Origin: a virus
Taxonomy: Duplodnaviria; Heunggongvirae; Uroviricota; Caudoviricetes
DNA length: 64,000 nucleotides
Direction: 5' to 3' (one strand)
Virus record (IMG/VR): IMGVR_UViG_3300031994_002305
Span: 37,073-101,072 of that record
In this document: in pieces, positions 10,671 through 19,777 of the stretch
Layout: every line of letters starts with the position of its first letter
Numbering within the stretch: position 1 is the stretch's first letter
The notes under the pieces: model-generated
Told to the model about the DNA's origin: nothing
The model's database searches: none
What the model saw: only the letters and a program-made list of their open reading frames with translations
Program-made: the position numbers and the translations under genes

Positions 10671-11444
10671 ATGAATAAAGTACATATTATAATGCCAATG
10701 GCCGGTGAAGGCAGTCGTTTTAAAGAAGAAGGATATGAAGTACCTAAACCATTAATTACATTAGGTGACAAACAATTATATCAGCATGCATTAAGTAGTC
10801 TTTCTGGGTTAAAGAATAAAAATGAAGAATTTGAATTTAAATTTACATTTATTGTAAGAGAAGAATTTAAAGATATCGTTATTCCTGATTTATTAAAGAA
10901 TTATCCTAAAGCAACTATTTTAACTGTTGATCATACAACTAAAGGAGCATTAGAAACAGTAATGCTTGCTGAAGATTATATTTTGGATGATGATTATGTT
11001 ATTACAATTGATTGTGATTTAGAATTTCAATCTGAAGGTTTTATCGAAGATTTAAAAAACGCTATATTGAATAATGATCCACTTTTATTATCATTTTATT
11101 CACGTGATCCAAAATATAGTTATGTGCAATGTGATCAGGATGGACATGGAGTAAATATAAGAGAAAAACAAGTAATATCAACTCATGCTTTGGGCGGATG
11201 TTATTGTTTAGGTTCTGGTGAACTATTTAAAAAATGTGCAAAAATGTACATATATGATTTCTATCACGGAAAAATAAGTTCTCCAGAAATTTATATGTCA
11301 TTAATTTATAACTATATTATAAAAGAATTACGAGATACTATTGAAGTATATGATATGAATTTTCATAAAGATCATTATTGGTCTTATGGAACACCTAATG
11401 ATTTAATTAATTACGAATACGATAGGAATATATGGGACAAATAA
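10671..11444 (+). CDS. Sugar nucleotidyltransferase (NTP_transferase family)
   Basis: IIMPMAGEGSRF..EGYEVPKPLI, DCD, EKQVIS, YGTP. Confidence 0.85.
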   Translation: MNKVHIIMPMAGEGSRFKEEGYEVPKPLITLGDKQLYQHALSSLSGLKNKNEEFEFKFTFIVREEFKDIVIPDLLKNYPKATILTVDHTTKGALETVMLAEDYILDDDYVITIDCDLEFQSEGFIEDLKNAILNNDPLLLSFYSRDPKYSYVQCDQDGHGVNIREKQVISTHALGGCYCLGSGELFKKCAKMYIYDFYHGKISSPEIYMSLIYNYIIKELRDTIEVYDMNFHKDHYWSYGTPNDLINYEYDRNIWDK

Positions 11445-11995
11445 AAGCAATTATTACAGATTTTGATGGCACATTAGTTAATACATTAATGGCTAATTTA
11501 TGCGCATATAAAGAAGCATTTAAATCTGTTGGTATTGAATTAAATAATGAACTTTATAAAGAGTGCTATGGTTTACGTTTTGATGACTTATGTAAACGTG
11601 TAGGCTTAAAAGATAAAGAACTATGTAATAAAGTTAAAGAATTAAAGAAAAAAGTTTATCCTTCATATTTTGAATATTGTGTTCTTAATGATAAACTTTT
11701 AAATTATATAAGATATTGCAAGAGTATTGGATTAAAGACTTGCATAGCATCAACTGCAGCAAAAACAAATCTTTATAATGTACTTAATTATTTTGGAATT
11801 ACTGGAGATTTTGATATAATTATTTCAGGAGAAGATGTATCACACGGTAAACCTAATCCTGAAGTTTATAATAAAGCATTAACATTATTAGATTGTGAAT
11901 CTGATGAAGCATTAGTATTTGAGGATTCTCAAGTTGGATGTGAAGCAGCTGAAGCAGCTAATATTAGTTATATAAAAATTAGAAATTTTGCATAA
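11432..11995 (+). CDS. HAD-family phosphatase (beta-phosphoglucomutase-like)
   Basis: DFDGTL, KPNPEVY, VFEDSQVG. Confidence 0.9.
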   Translation: MGQIKAIITDFDGTLVNTLMANLCAYKEAFKSVGIELNNELYKECYGLRFDDLCKRVGLKDKELCNKVKELKKKVYPSYFEYCVLNDKLLNYIRYCKSIGLKTCIASTAAKTNLYNVLNYFGITGDFDIIISGEDVSHGKPNPEVYNKALTLLDCESDEALVFEDSQVGCEAAEAANISYIKIRNFA

Positions 11996-12231
11996 TGTTT
12001 CCTAATTGTAAAGGTTGTAAATTTTCAATGTGTGGTGATTATGATCCATGTTCTGATTGGTGTGATGAATGTGTATATGAATGGGAATGCGAACATCCAC
12101 AAACACCAAAAGAAAAAGAATATGAATTTAAAGTACCACAAGAAAAACAAAAAACAGAATATATGACAACTGAAAATACAGTTGATTGTCTATTTAAGTT
12201 AATAAATTATAAATATAAAAGTAAAATATGA
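11995..12231 (+). CDS. Small Cys-rich hypothetical protein
   Basis: CKGC..C...C..WCDEC...C. Confidence 0.55.
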   Translation: MFPNCKGCKFSMCGDYDPCSDWCDECVYEWECEHPQTPKEKEYEFKVPQEKQKTEYMTTENTVDCLFKLINYKYKSKI

Positions 12232-13259
12232 ATATATTAATAACTGGAGCAGCTGGATTTATTGGGTCACAGTTAGCATATAAGTTTTTAAAGGAAGGTC
12301 ATCATATTATATTGATTGATAATATGTCTTATGGACATGAAGATAATTTGATATTTGATGATGAAGAAGATGGAGATTTGAATTTATATCTTCATAAAGT
12401 AGATATTCGTGACCGTAATTATTTAGAAGCAATATTCAAAACAGAGAAAATTGATTATGTTTATAATATTGCTGGAATAGCACCATTACCTGATTGTCAA
12501 TCAGATCCTTGTGAAGCAATTGATGTTAATGTTAATGGTTTTGTTAATATTCTTGAGCTTTCTCGCATATATGGTGTAAAATGTGTCATACAAGCATCAA
12601 CAAATGCGATGTATGAAAACGAAACTAAATTCCCAACATCAGAGAATTTTGAAAATCTTCCAACATTAATATATCCAAATACAAAATATTGTGCTGAACG
12701 ATTTGCACAATCATATTGCGATACTTATGGAATGAACGTATGTTGTGTTCGATTCGCAAATGTATATGGACCTCATGTTGATTGTCTTCGTAAACAACCA
12801 CCATTTGTTGGTTATTTAATTCGTGAGCTTTATTATGATAGAGTTCCAGTTTTTCATTCAAATGGTAAGCAAGCTCGAGATTATATCTATATTGATGATT
12901 TAACAGAATTACTCGAAAAGGTACAAAGTTGTAAAGGTTTTGATACTGTAAACTGTTCTTCAAATCAATCATATTCAGTTAGAACTATTTATAAAATTGC
13001 ACGTGGCATAATGAATAAAGATATTGATGCAGAATATGTCGATTCATCAAATTATTGGAAGAAATATCCACAATTATATGAAGGCGCATATTCAATTAAA
13101 CCTGAAGTACTTGACCATGAAGTAAATAAATATTCATTATGTAATAATATACATGCTAAAATTAAATATGAGTGGGAACCTAAAGTTAGTATAGGGGATG
13201 GTATGCGAAATATGATAGAATACACTGTTAAATTATTTGATAAATTAGAAGGGAAGTAA
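12228..13259 (+). CDS. NAD-dependent sugar-nucleotide epimerase/dehydratase (extended SDR)
   Basis: ILITGAAGFIGS, YPNTK (YxxxK), RFANVYGP, GKQARDYIYIDD. Confidence 0.9.
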   Translation: MNILITGAAGFIGSQLAYKFLKEGHHIILIDNMSYGHEDNLIFDDEEDGDLNLYLHKVDIRDRNYLEAIFKTEKIDYVYNIAGIAPLPDCQSDPCEAIDVNVNGFVNILELSRIYGVKCVIQASTNAMYENETKFPTSENFENLPTLIYPNTKYCAERFAQSYCDTYGMNVCCVRFANVYGPHVDCLRKQPPFVGYLIRELYYDRVPVFHSNGKQARDYIYIDDLTELLEKVQSCKGFDTVNCSSNQSYSVRTIYKIARGIMNKDIDAEYVDSSNYWKKYPQLYEGAYSIKPEVLDHEVNKYSLCNNIHAKIKYEWEPKVSIGDGMRNMIEYTVKLFDKLEGK

Positions 13260-13276
13260 AATTCCCTTTTATTTTT
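13249..13276 (+). terminator. Intrinsic terminator
   Basis: AAGGGAA-GTAAAA-TTCCCTT followed by a T-rich tract. Confidence 0.6.
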
Positions 13277-13286
13277 CTTTTTGTTT

Positions 13287-13314
13287 TTGAATAATATTTA
13301 TATTTTACTATATT
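13287..13314 (+). promoter_or_regulatory. Conserved phage promoter
   Basis: TTGAAT-N16-TATATT followed by the leader TCAAACAAATATG. Confidence 0.75.
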
Positions 13315-13338
13315 TTTAATGTAAAAAATCAAACAAAT

Positions 13339-13512
13339 ATGAAAGTATCTGGAAAAAAATTAATTCTTACGAATTGCTGTGTTTGGGAGGATGAGTATTA
13401 TGGTTCACGTAATCGTAATGCTCGTGGAAAACGTTTTCATCATGATGGTGCAGATATTCGTAATGCCAATCGTAAGGTTCGTCGCGATAAAAGTTGGAAA
13501 GAAGAAATATAA
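13339..13512 (+). CDS. Small basic hypothetical protein (57 aa)
   Basis: MKVSGKKLILTNCCVWEDEYYGSRNRNARGKRFHHDGADIRNANRKVRRDKSWKEEI directly follows the promoter leader; replaces track ORF 13379-13579. Confidence 0.7.
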   Translation: MKVSGKKLILTNCCVWEDEYYGSRNRNARGKRFHHDGADIRNANRKVRRDKSWKEEI

Positions 13513-13541
13513 AAATTCTAATGAAATTATTTATATAATAT

Positions 13542-13576
13542 TTGAATTTTTAAATAAAAGAACTATATTATATTTG
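13542..13576 (+). promoter_or_regulatory. Conserved phage promoter with overlapping TAnnTTTG
   Basis: TTGAAT-N16-TATATTATATTTG. Confidence 0.75.
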
Positions 13577-13597
13577 TAATCAAACAAATTATAAAAT

Positions 13598-13885
13598 ATG
13601 ACAGTTTATCAAATTACAATTCAAAGTTTTTTCAATTCGAACAATACCGATTATGCAATGCCAGTCGATAGATATACTGATGTAATTCTGTTTAGAAAAA
13701 GTGCAGATGCTGACGAAAAGTTTAACGAACTAATTGATGAATATGTAAATAGATACTGGGAGAAGAACGGACATCAGTCAAATGAATTCCTTCATTTTGG
13801 TGCCAATAGTTGTACGGTGATTTATCACGATAAATCAAAAACAAATAGAACATATATTTCATTAGATCCTAAAGAACTTAATTAA
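13598..13885 (+). CDS. Hypothetical protein
   Basis: 95-aa ORF after a promoter. Confidence 0.7.
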   Translation: MTVYQITIQSFFNSNNTDYAMPVDRYTDVILFRKSADADEKFNELIDEYVNRYWEKNGHQSNEFLHFGANSCTVIYHDKSKTNRTYISLDPKELN

Positions 13886-13964
13886 AATATGAATAATAAG
13901 AATAAGCCACCACCTGTTTAAATATCATATTTTGAATTTAACATTACATATAAATAAAAAAACC

Positions 13965-14445
13965 AATAGAAGACGTAGTAACATCTCAGCCGCGTGGTTT
14001 TATCCAATAATGGTTTTTGACAAGGCGCAAACAAGTCCACGACTATGGTAAGAGACCGACCGATTTAAGTTAAATAGAAGGGTTAATTAATATAAATGGG
14101 AGAGCGACGCGGAAACTGCTCAGAACGTCCGCACAAAAATATGGGGGATTCTGAATAATGAAGATTAGAGATTCTACCTTTTAATTTTAAATGAAACATA
14201 TATAATTAATGGTTCTAAAAGATAATACCAGACAAATATGTTCTGCTTCATTCCGTTTCGATTAATACTCGAATAAAGAAGATAAATTATATTTGAAACT
14301 CATCTCAGATTTAAACGTATCTGACACGCTGACGGACAGTGGAAGAAACATGAGAAAATATAATTGTGAATATATAATCTGCATGGTGATATGGTAGTCA
14401 AGTTATTTGAAGAACCAATCAAATATTGAGGAACTCAGGTTCCTC
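13965..14445 (+). ncRNA. Candidate large structured non-coding RNA (~480 nt), class unknown
   Basis: ORF-free and locally GC-enriched, with many nested helices, ending in a terminator. Boundaries are approximate. Confidence 0.6.
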
Positions 14446-14452
14446 TTTATTT
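14428..14452 (+). terminator. Intrinsic terminator
   Basis: GAGGAAC-TCAG-GTTCCTC followed by TTTATTT. Confidence 0.75.
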
Positions 14453-14517
14453 GTTTCTAGAAATTTTATAAATAAAACAATAAAATTTCTATATTAATAT
14501 AAATAAAATTCTTATTA

Positions 14518-14661
14518 ATGAAAAAAATAAAATATTTTCTTGGAGAAATAATGTATTGGTTATTTATACCTTTATCTTTGTTTTTTCTTGTTATAATTGA
14601 AATATTTAATATTTTATACAATTTTTTTTATAATTTGATTAAGTTTAGAAAAATATCATAA
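14518..14661 (+). CDS. Small membrane protein (47 aa)
   Basis: MKKIKYFLGEIMYWLFIPLSLFFLVIIEIFNILYNFFYNLIKFRKIS; not in the ORF track. Confidence 0.45.
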   Translation: MKKIKYFLGEIMYWLFIPLSLFFLVIIEIFNILYNFFYNLIKFRKIS

Positions 14662-14669
14662 TATAGTAT

Positions 14670-15530
14670 ATGACTATTGATATAAAAGGACATTCTGGAT
14701 GTAATATTGATATTATTGAAGAAGACGGTCATTTATATGTTAAAAAATCTACTAAAGATCCAAAATATAAAACAAGATTAACTTTACAAGGTAATAAGCA
14801 AAGTAATGATATGTGTTTGTGTGGGTCTATTACAAATCCACATATATATCGTACTGAAGTAAATGATGATGAATGTTTTATTTTGATGGATTATATTTAT
14901 GCCAAGAATTTTATAGATTATTTTGAACATGCTTCTGCTTCTGACATAGATCATTTCATTAATACATTTGTTATATATATAAAAACAGAATTAGGTAAAT
15001 GTACTAAAGAAAAAGTTAAAAAAGAAATTTTTGTTAATAAATTTAATTCTGTTGTTGAAAACTGTAAAAAGAATGAATTGACTAGAGATAACAATAGAGT
15101 TAAAATGATTTTAAATGATTGCAAAAAAGTATTTGATAATATGCCTGAAGAGATAATAATGCCTGTAGGTGTATGTCATGGTGATTTGACATTTTCAAAT
15201 ATTTTATTTACATCAAATAGTTTTTACTTTATAGATTATTTAGATTCATTTATTGAAACACCAATTCAAGATATTGTTAAATTAAGACAAGATACAAAAT
15301 ATTTTTGGTCTACTATGATGTATACTAAAAAATATGATATTGTACGTCTTAATATGATATTTAAATATATTGATAATAGATTAGTTGAAGAGTTTGGAGA
15401 TATAGAAGATTATTTCAATAATTATGATAGACTTCAACTAATGAATATTCTTAGAATTCTTCCTTATGTTAAAGAAGAGAAAGTTCGTGATTTTGTTTTA
15501 AATATATTACAATCATTGCCTAAATATTAA
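14670..15530 (+). CDS. APH/choline-kinase-like phosphotransferase (probable sugar kinase)
   Basis: GHSGC, VKKS, CHGDLTFSNILF, FID. Confidence 0.8.
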   Translation: MTIDIKGHSGCNIDIIEEDGHLYVKKSTKDPKYKTRLTLQGNKQSNDMCLCGSITNPHIYRTEVNDDECFILMDYIYAKNFIDYFEHASASDIDHFINTFVIYIKTELGKCTKEKVKKEIFVNKFNSVVENCKKNELTRDNNRVKMILNDCKKVFDNMPEEIIMPVGVCHGDLTFSNILFTSNSFYFIDYLDSFIETPIQDIVKLRQDTKYFWSTMMYTKKYDIVRLNMIFKYIDNRLVEEFGDIEDYFNNYDRLQLMNILRILPYVKEEKVRDFVLNILQSLPKY

Positions 15531-15564
15531 ATTTCATTAGGAATGTAATTACTAATTATAAATT

Positions 15565-16269
15565 ATGAAAGAGAAATATTCGTTAATAGTTCCAATGATT
15601 AATACATCAAAAAAATATGAAAATTCTGTTCCTATTGAATTTCAATATGATAATATAACAGGATTAATGAATTGTATTAAAAGCATTGAAGGACTTAATG
15701 TTAATTTATTTAAAGATATTTATTTTGCAATATTAAAGAAGCATGAAGATAAATATCATATAATGGATAAAATATCTACTTTAATAGAACATAGCAAATT
15801 AAAAAATATTAAATGCTATTTTAGAATATTTGAATATCCAACCAGCTCACAAGCAGAAACGATATATCAAATGATTACTAATTTTAAAATTGAAGGTCCT
15901 ATATTTATTAAAGATGCAGATAATATGTGTATTTGTAATAATGAAATATTAGGCAACACAGTATTAGTTTATCCATTAGAAAATACACCAATTGTTGATC
16001 CTCAACATAAATCATATGTTGCAGTAGATGATCAAAATTTTGTTACTAACATAATTGAAAAAAAGGTTATTAGTAATTTATTTAACTGCGGAGGATATAG
16101 TTTTAATTTAGCACAAGATTATATTGATGCATATGAAGCTGTACAAGAATTTGAAGATATAGCAAGTCATATGTATATATCACATATTATATATTGGCTT
16201 ATATTAAATAAAAATTTAAAATTTAGACCTATTGAAGCAATAGGATATGAAGATTTTGAAATAAAGTAA
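15565..16269 (+). CDS. Degenerate sugar nucleotidyltransferase-like protein
   Basis: LIVPM, TSSQAETIY, IKDADN, KSYV, IIEKKVIS..FNCGGYSF; lacks the GxGxR loop. Confidence 0.65.
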   Translation: MKEKYSLIVPMINTSKKYENSVPIEFQYDNITGLMNCIKSIEGLNVNLFKDIYFAILKKHEDKYHIMDKISTLIEHSKLKNIKCYFRIFEYPTSSQAETIYQMITNFKIEGPIFIKDADNMCICNNEILGNTVLVYPLENTPIVDPQHKSYVAVDDQNFVTNIIEKKVISNLFNCGGYSFNLAQDYIDAYEAVQEFEDIASHMYISHIIYWLILNKNLKFRPIEAIGYEDFEIK

Positions 16270-16278
16270 AATAATAAA

Positions 16279-17181
16279 ATGTTTAAGAAAACAGCAATTT
16301 ATATACCGACATATAATAATAGATATAGTGAAATGTTAAATTATGCAAATACATTAATTAAGACATGTCCTGTATTTATTATATTTTCCAACAATGATGA
16401 GAAACTAGAATCTTATAACATGTATGAATGGGATCCAAAGATTCAAAAATTGTATTGTGATGCAAAAACTATCGGAGAGAAAAGACAGTTTGTTCTAGAT
16501 TATCTTTATGAAAAAGGATTCAAATATGTAGTTCAAATAGAAGATGATATAAGAACATTTGCTTCCGAAATTAATGATAGTACAAAAAGAACAACTTCCG
16601 ATTCTTACGCAAAAGCAAAGATTAGTATTGAGGAAATGTTAAAAAAGATGTTAAAAGCTGCGCAAGAACACAATGCTGCCTTTGTATCACCATCATTTCC
16701 GTTCAGTTTAGGATTCTCAAAACCTAGAGCTATAGCAATCAATAAGTCATTGAACTTCGGTCAGTTTAATATGGTCGATGTAGAAAAATTGAAGAAGTAT
16801 AATATTAATTATGATGTAAGAGAAAATGTTCATGATGACATTGATTTGGTTTTGCAATTGCTTCAAACTGGTTTAAATTGTGTTACATTAAAAGACACTG
16901 CATTTGAAGTAATTGGTTCCTCATCATTATTAGAAAACTCAACAATTTGTAATGGAAATAAACAAGATTTAATGAGAATTAATCTATATTTAAAATATAG
17001 AGATGGTATTTCGTTACGAATTGGTAAACATGGAGAATTACGAATGACTTGTAAACTTGATAAATATTGGAATACGAAAGAAATTCCAATTAAAGATGAT
17101 AAGTATCATAAAGAATTATTTGAACTTTGTAAGAAATACGATATTGAAGGAATAAAGAATTTAATAGTAAATAAAAAATAG
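16279..17181 (+). CDS. GT-A fold glycosyltransferase (TET/JBP-associated or HMC-glucosyltransferase-like)
   Basis: IYIPTY..R, IGEKRQFVLDY, QIEDDI, HDDIDLVLQLLQTG. Confidence 0.65.
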   Translation: MFKKTAIYIPTYNNRYSEMLNYANTLIKTCPVFIIFSNNDEKLESYNMYEWDPKIQKLYCDAKTIGEKRQFVLDYLYEKGFKYVVQIEDDIRTFASEINDSTKRTTSDSYAKAKISIEEMLKKMLKAAQEHNAAFVSPSFPFSLGFSKPRAIAINKSLNFGQFNMVDVEKLKKYNINYDVRENVHDDIDLVLQLLQTGLNCVTLKDTAFEVIGSSSLLENSTICNGNKQDLMRINLYLKYRDGISLRIGKHGELRMTCKLDKYWNTKEIPIKDDKYHKELFELCKKYDIEGIKNLIVNKK

Positions 17182-17183
17182 TT

Positions 17184-18485
17184 ATGAACGAAAGAAAAAA
17201 CATTTTAATTGGTAAGATTGGTAAATCTGTAAAGATGAAGAATATACATATTGAGACTGGTGGCGGAGCTGACTTGGTATTATATTCAACAATGGCTAGA
17301 ATGTGTCCAGAATATCATTTTTATTTTATTGGACCAAATGAATTACATAAGTGTACTGAAGAGGAATATTTAAAGTTATTCCCAAATAAAAATGTGCATT
17401 CAGCTTGGGATAAAGATAAGGTGAAAGGTTCTAATTATCAAGAAATTGTAAATTATTTCACAAATAATAATGTTAATCCAGATTTTGCATTAGTATTTGT
17501 TGGAATGTGTGGTAATATTAATATTAAAGGATTTTTGAAAAAGAAAGATGGAACTGACTATAGTCCATTAATGTGTTTTCAAAATTATACAGCTCCTATT
17601 ATTTATACATTAAATAAATTGGGTTGTCCTGTTTATACATTAGCTGAAGATGCAAGATATATAACTGTTAATGCAAAAGATTTCTTTAATCGTGAAAGAA
17701 TGATATTTTCACAAATTAATGGGGAATTTGAAGCTTTACCACATATTAAATCTGAAACAGATTTTGATTTAATTAAAACAACTCATACAGCAAAATATTC
17801 GCATCTTGAGAAAATTTTCTTAATGGGTCTTGATGAAAATTGGAAAGAAAATATTAATATTGAAGCTAAATTCAATACTGATGTAGCACCATTTATTGTA
17901 TTATCAAATGGATGTGGAACAGGAAAGATTAATAGTCCTGGCACATATAGTTCACGTCTTCCTGTTTATAAGAAGTACATTATAGATAACTTTAAAGATA
18001 CTCCTTATGCAAATACAAAGATTTATGGATTATGGGATAAGGAGATATATGCGGAATATCCACAAATTGAAGATAAATTAATGTTAGATTTAGGTAAAGA
18101 AGTTTCTGAAGCTAAATATACATTAGTTTATTCTCAGGCTCCTGGATTTGTAACTTGTAAGCCATGGGAAATGATTACAATTGGATTACTTCCATTTATA
18201 CACCCAGATTATGATTGTTATCATTTATTAGGTTTACCTGAATATTTATATCTTAAGGATGAACAAGATCTTTTAAATAAAGTTAATGAATTAGAAGCGA
18301 ATCCACAAAAATATAAAGATTTAATGGAAGAATGTTTTAATATGATTAAACCTGAATATTTAAATGGTTGGCTAATCGTGAATGGTATATTTGGAAATGT
18401 TGCTAAAGACTTAGGATATAAATATGAATTTAAAGATGGAGTTAAATCAATATTTAATAGGTTCAGTAAAGAATTCATTCAATAA
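17184..18485 (+). CDS. Putative GT-B fold DNA glycosyltransferase
   Basis: N-terminal ILIGKIGKS..GGG and C-terminal T.KPWEMI..GLLPFIHPDYD; last gene of the dCMP-modification cluster. Confidence 0.5.
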   Translation: MNERKNILIGKIGKSVKMKNIHIETGGGADLVLYSTMARMCPEYHFYFIGPNELHKCTEEEYLKLFPNKNVHSAWDKDKVKGSNYQEIVNYFTNNNVNPDFALVFVGMCGNINIKGFLKKKDGTDYSPLMCFQNYTAPIIYTLNKLGCPVYTLAEDARYITVNAKDFFNRERMIFSQINGEFEALPHIKSETDFDLIKTTHTAKYSHLEKIFLMGLDENWKENINIEAKFNTDVAPFIVLSNGCGTGKINSPGTYSSRLPVYKKYIIDNFKDTPYANTKIYGLWDKEIYAEYPQIEDKLMLDLGKEVSEAKYTLVYSQAPGFVTCKPWEMITIGLLPFIHPDYDCYHLLGLPEYLYLKDEQDLLNKVNELEANPQKYKDLMEECFNMIKPEYLNGWLIVNGIFGNVAKDLGYKYEFKDGVKSIFNRFSKEFIQ

Positions 18486-18498
18486 ATTATACATAAAT

Positions 18499-18525
18499 AA
18501 AGGTAGTACATGTGTACTACCTTTT
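18499..18525. terminator. Bidirectional intrinsic terminator
   Basis: AAAGGTAGTACA-TG-TGTACTACCTTT between convergent genes. Confidence 0.8.
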
Positions 18526-19047
18526 ATGTTTTTCTTCAAATCTAATCTTATTAAGTAAAAATTGATCTTGAGTTTTATATATATAAATTCTATCTATTTC
18601 TTTATTATCAAATAACTTTTTAATTTTTTTATTGTAATTTTCTGGAAATATTATATAATGAAACATGTCAACAGAATATCTAACTCGTCCAACCCATCTT
18701 TTTGTTTTAAGTAAACTCATTTTTAATCTTGTTAAAAAATTTAAATCAGATCTTTTACTATAATATTCAATAAAATAATCAAAACAATCTTTCCAATATT
18801 TTATATATCCTTTCTTGCAAACTATTACCCAGCCATAAAATTTTTTATCTGCTAATGTACAAGCTTTAGTAAATTCTATTAATTTATATAAAAGAGTTCC
18901 TTCCGTATTTTGATCTTTCTTAAACTTTTCATAATTACCATAAATTTCAACTGTCAAATTATCTTCTAAATTTAAAAGTTTAAATATGTCTTCCGTACTA
19001 AAAGGCATTGAACTTGCTATTTTTTCAAATTGATCAAAACTAATCAT
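18517..19047 (-). CDS. Hypothetical protein
   Basis: 176-aa ORF, last of a - strand operon. Confidence 0.65.
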   Translation of the reverse strand: MISFDQFEKIASSMPFSTEDIFKLLNLEDNLTVEIYGNYEKFKKDQNTEGTLLYKLIEFTKACTLADKKFYGWVIVCKKGYIKYWKDCFDYFIEYYSKRSDLNFLTRLKMSLLKTKRWVGRVRYSVDMFHYIIFPENYNKKIKKLFDNKEIDRIYIYKTQDQFLLNKIRFEEKHKR

Positions 19048-19053
19048 AATTTC

Positions 19054-19419
19054 TTACAATACTTTTTTTAATTTATTTATGATGTTTTGCATTTTTATAA
19101 TGGCATCATTAATAGATTCATTTTTAAATATTACCTCATCTCCTTCATTTTCAAGTTTTACATGTTTAGAAAGGTCTTTCATGGCAATTCTTAAATCACA
19201 ACTCTTAGATTTAACTGATTTGTTATAAAATATAACATTAATAGTTCCAAGTCTACCTCCATCTATTTCCAAATTTGTGTCTTCTTCTGACTTAATTGAT
19301 TTTATAATTTTTTTATAAAGGTTGACCCATTCTAATTTACCATTATCAAATATTGATATATTAAAATTAAAATCATTTTCATATGATTCTGAGATTAAAT
19401 AATCTTTTAATTGTTTCAT
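19054..19419 (-). CDS. Hypothetical protein, N-terminus MKQLKDYLISE (putative internal head protein)
   Basis: Capsid-targeting-like N-terminus. Confidence 0.6.
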   Translation of the reverse strand: MKQLKDYLISESYENDFNFNISIFDNGKLEWVNLYKKIIKSIKSEEDTNLEIDGGRLGTINVIFYNKSVKSKSCDLRIAMKDLSKHVKLENEGDEVIFKNESINDAIIKMQNIINKLKKVL

Positions 19420-19742
19420 ATATTAATATATTTGTTTTTTTCTTTTTTACCTATAACAGTTTCTATAATTTGTTTTAAAGAATAATAATAGTCTTTATTA
19501 TTAACAGGATTAACTTCATTATCAATAAAATTTATAAATTGTTTTAAATGTTTTTCAATTTGTGTTCCTTTTATTATATTCTTTAAATTATCAATATTTA
19601 CCTTTTCTCCTTCTTGTTTACATTTGATGACTATCTCAACGAATTCTTGATATTGTTGTTCATTTCTATCAAACCATTTATCAAGAAGCCACCAAATATT
19701 ATCATCTAATTCTTCAAAAATATAATCTTTTAGAGATCTCAT
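19416..19742 (-). CDS. Hypothetical protein, N-terminus MRSLKDYIFE (putative internal head protein)
   Basis: Capsid-targeting-like N-terminus. Confidence 0.6.
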   Translation of the reverse strand: MRSLKDYIFEELDDNIWWLLDKWFDRNEQQYQEFVEIVIKCKQEGEKVNIDNLKNIIKGTQIEKHLKQFINFIDNEVNPVNNKDYYYSLKQIIETVIGKKEKNKYINI

Positions 19743-19777
19743 TAGTTTTCTTAAATATTGTTTTATTCAATAACATA

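Noticed and set aside
13379-13579. 66-aa ORF in the track
   Set aside because: Wrong frame: it runs through a promoter, and the 13339-13512 frame has the proper leader.
13965-14445. RNase P RNA, group I/II intron or CRISPR array
   Set aside because: No GAGGAAAGUCC-type P4 motif, no interrupted exons or intron termini, and no repeat-spacer periodicity.
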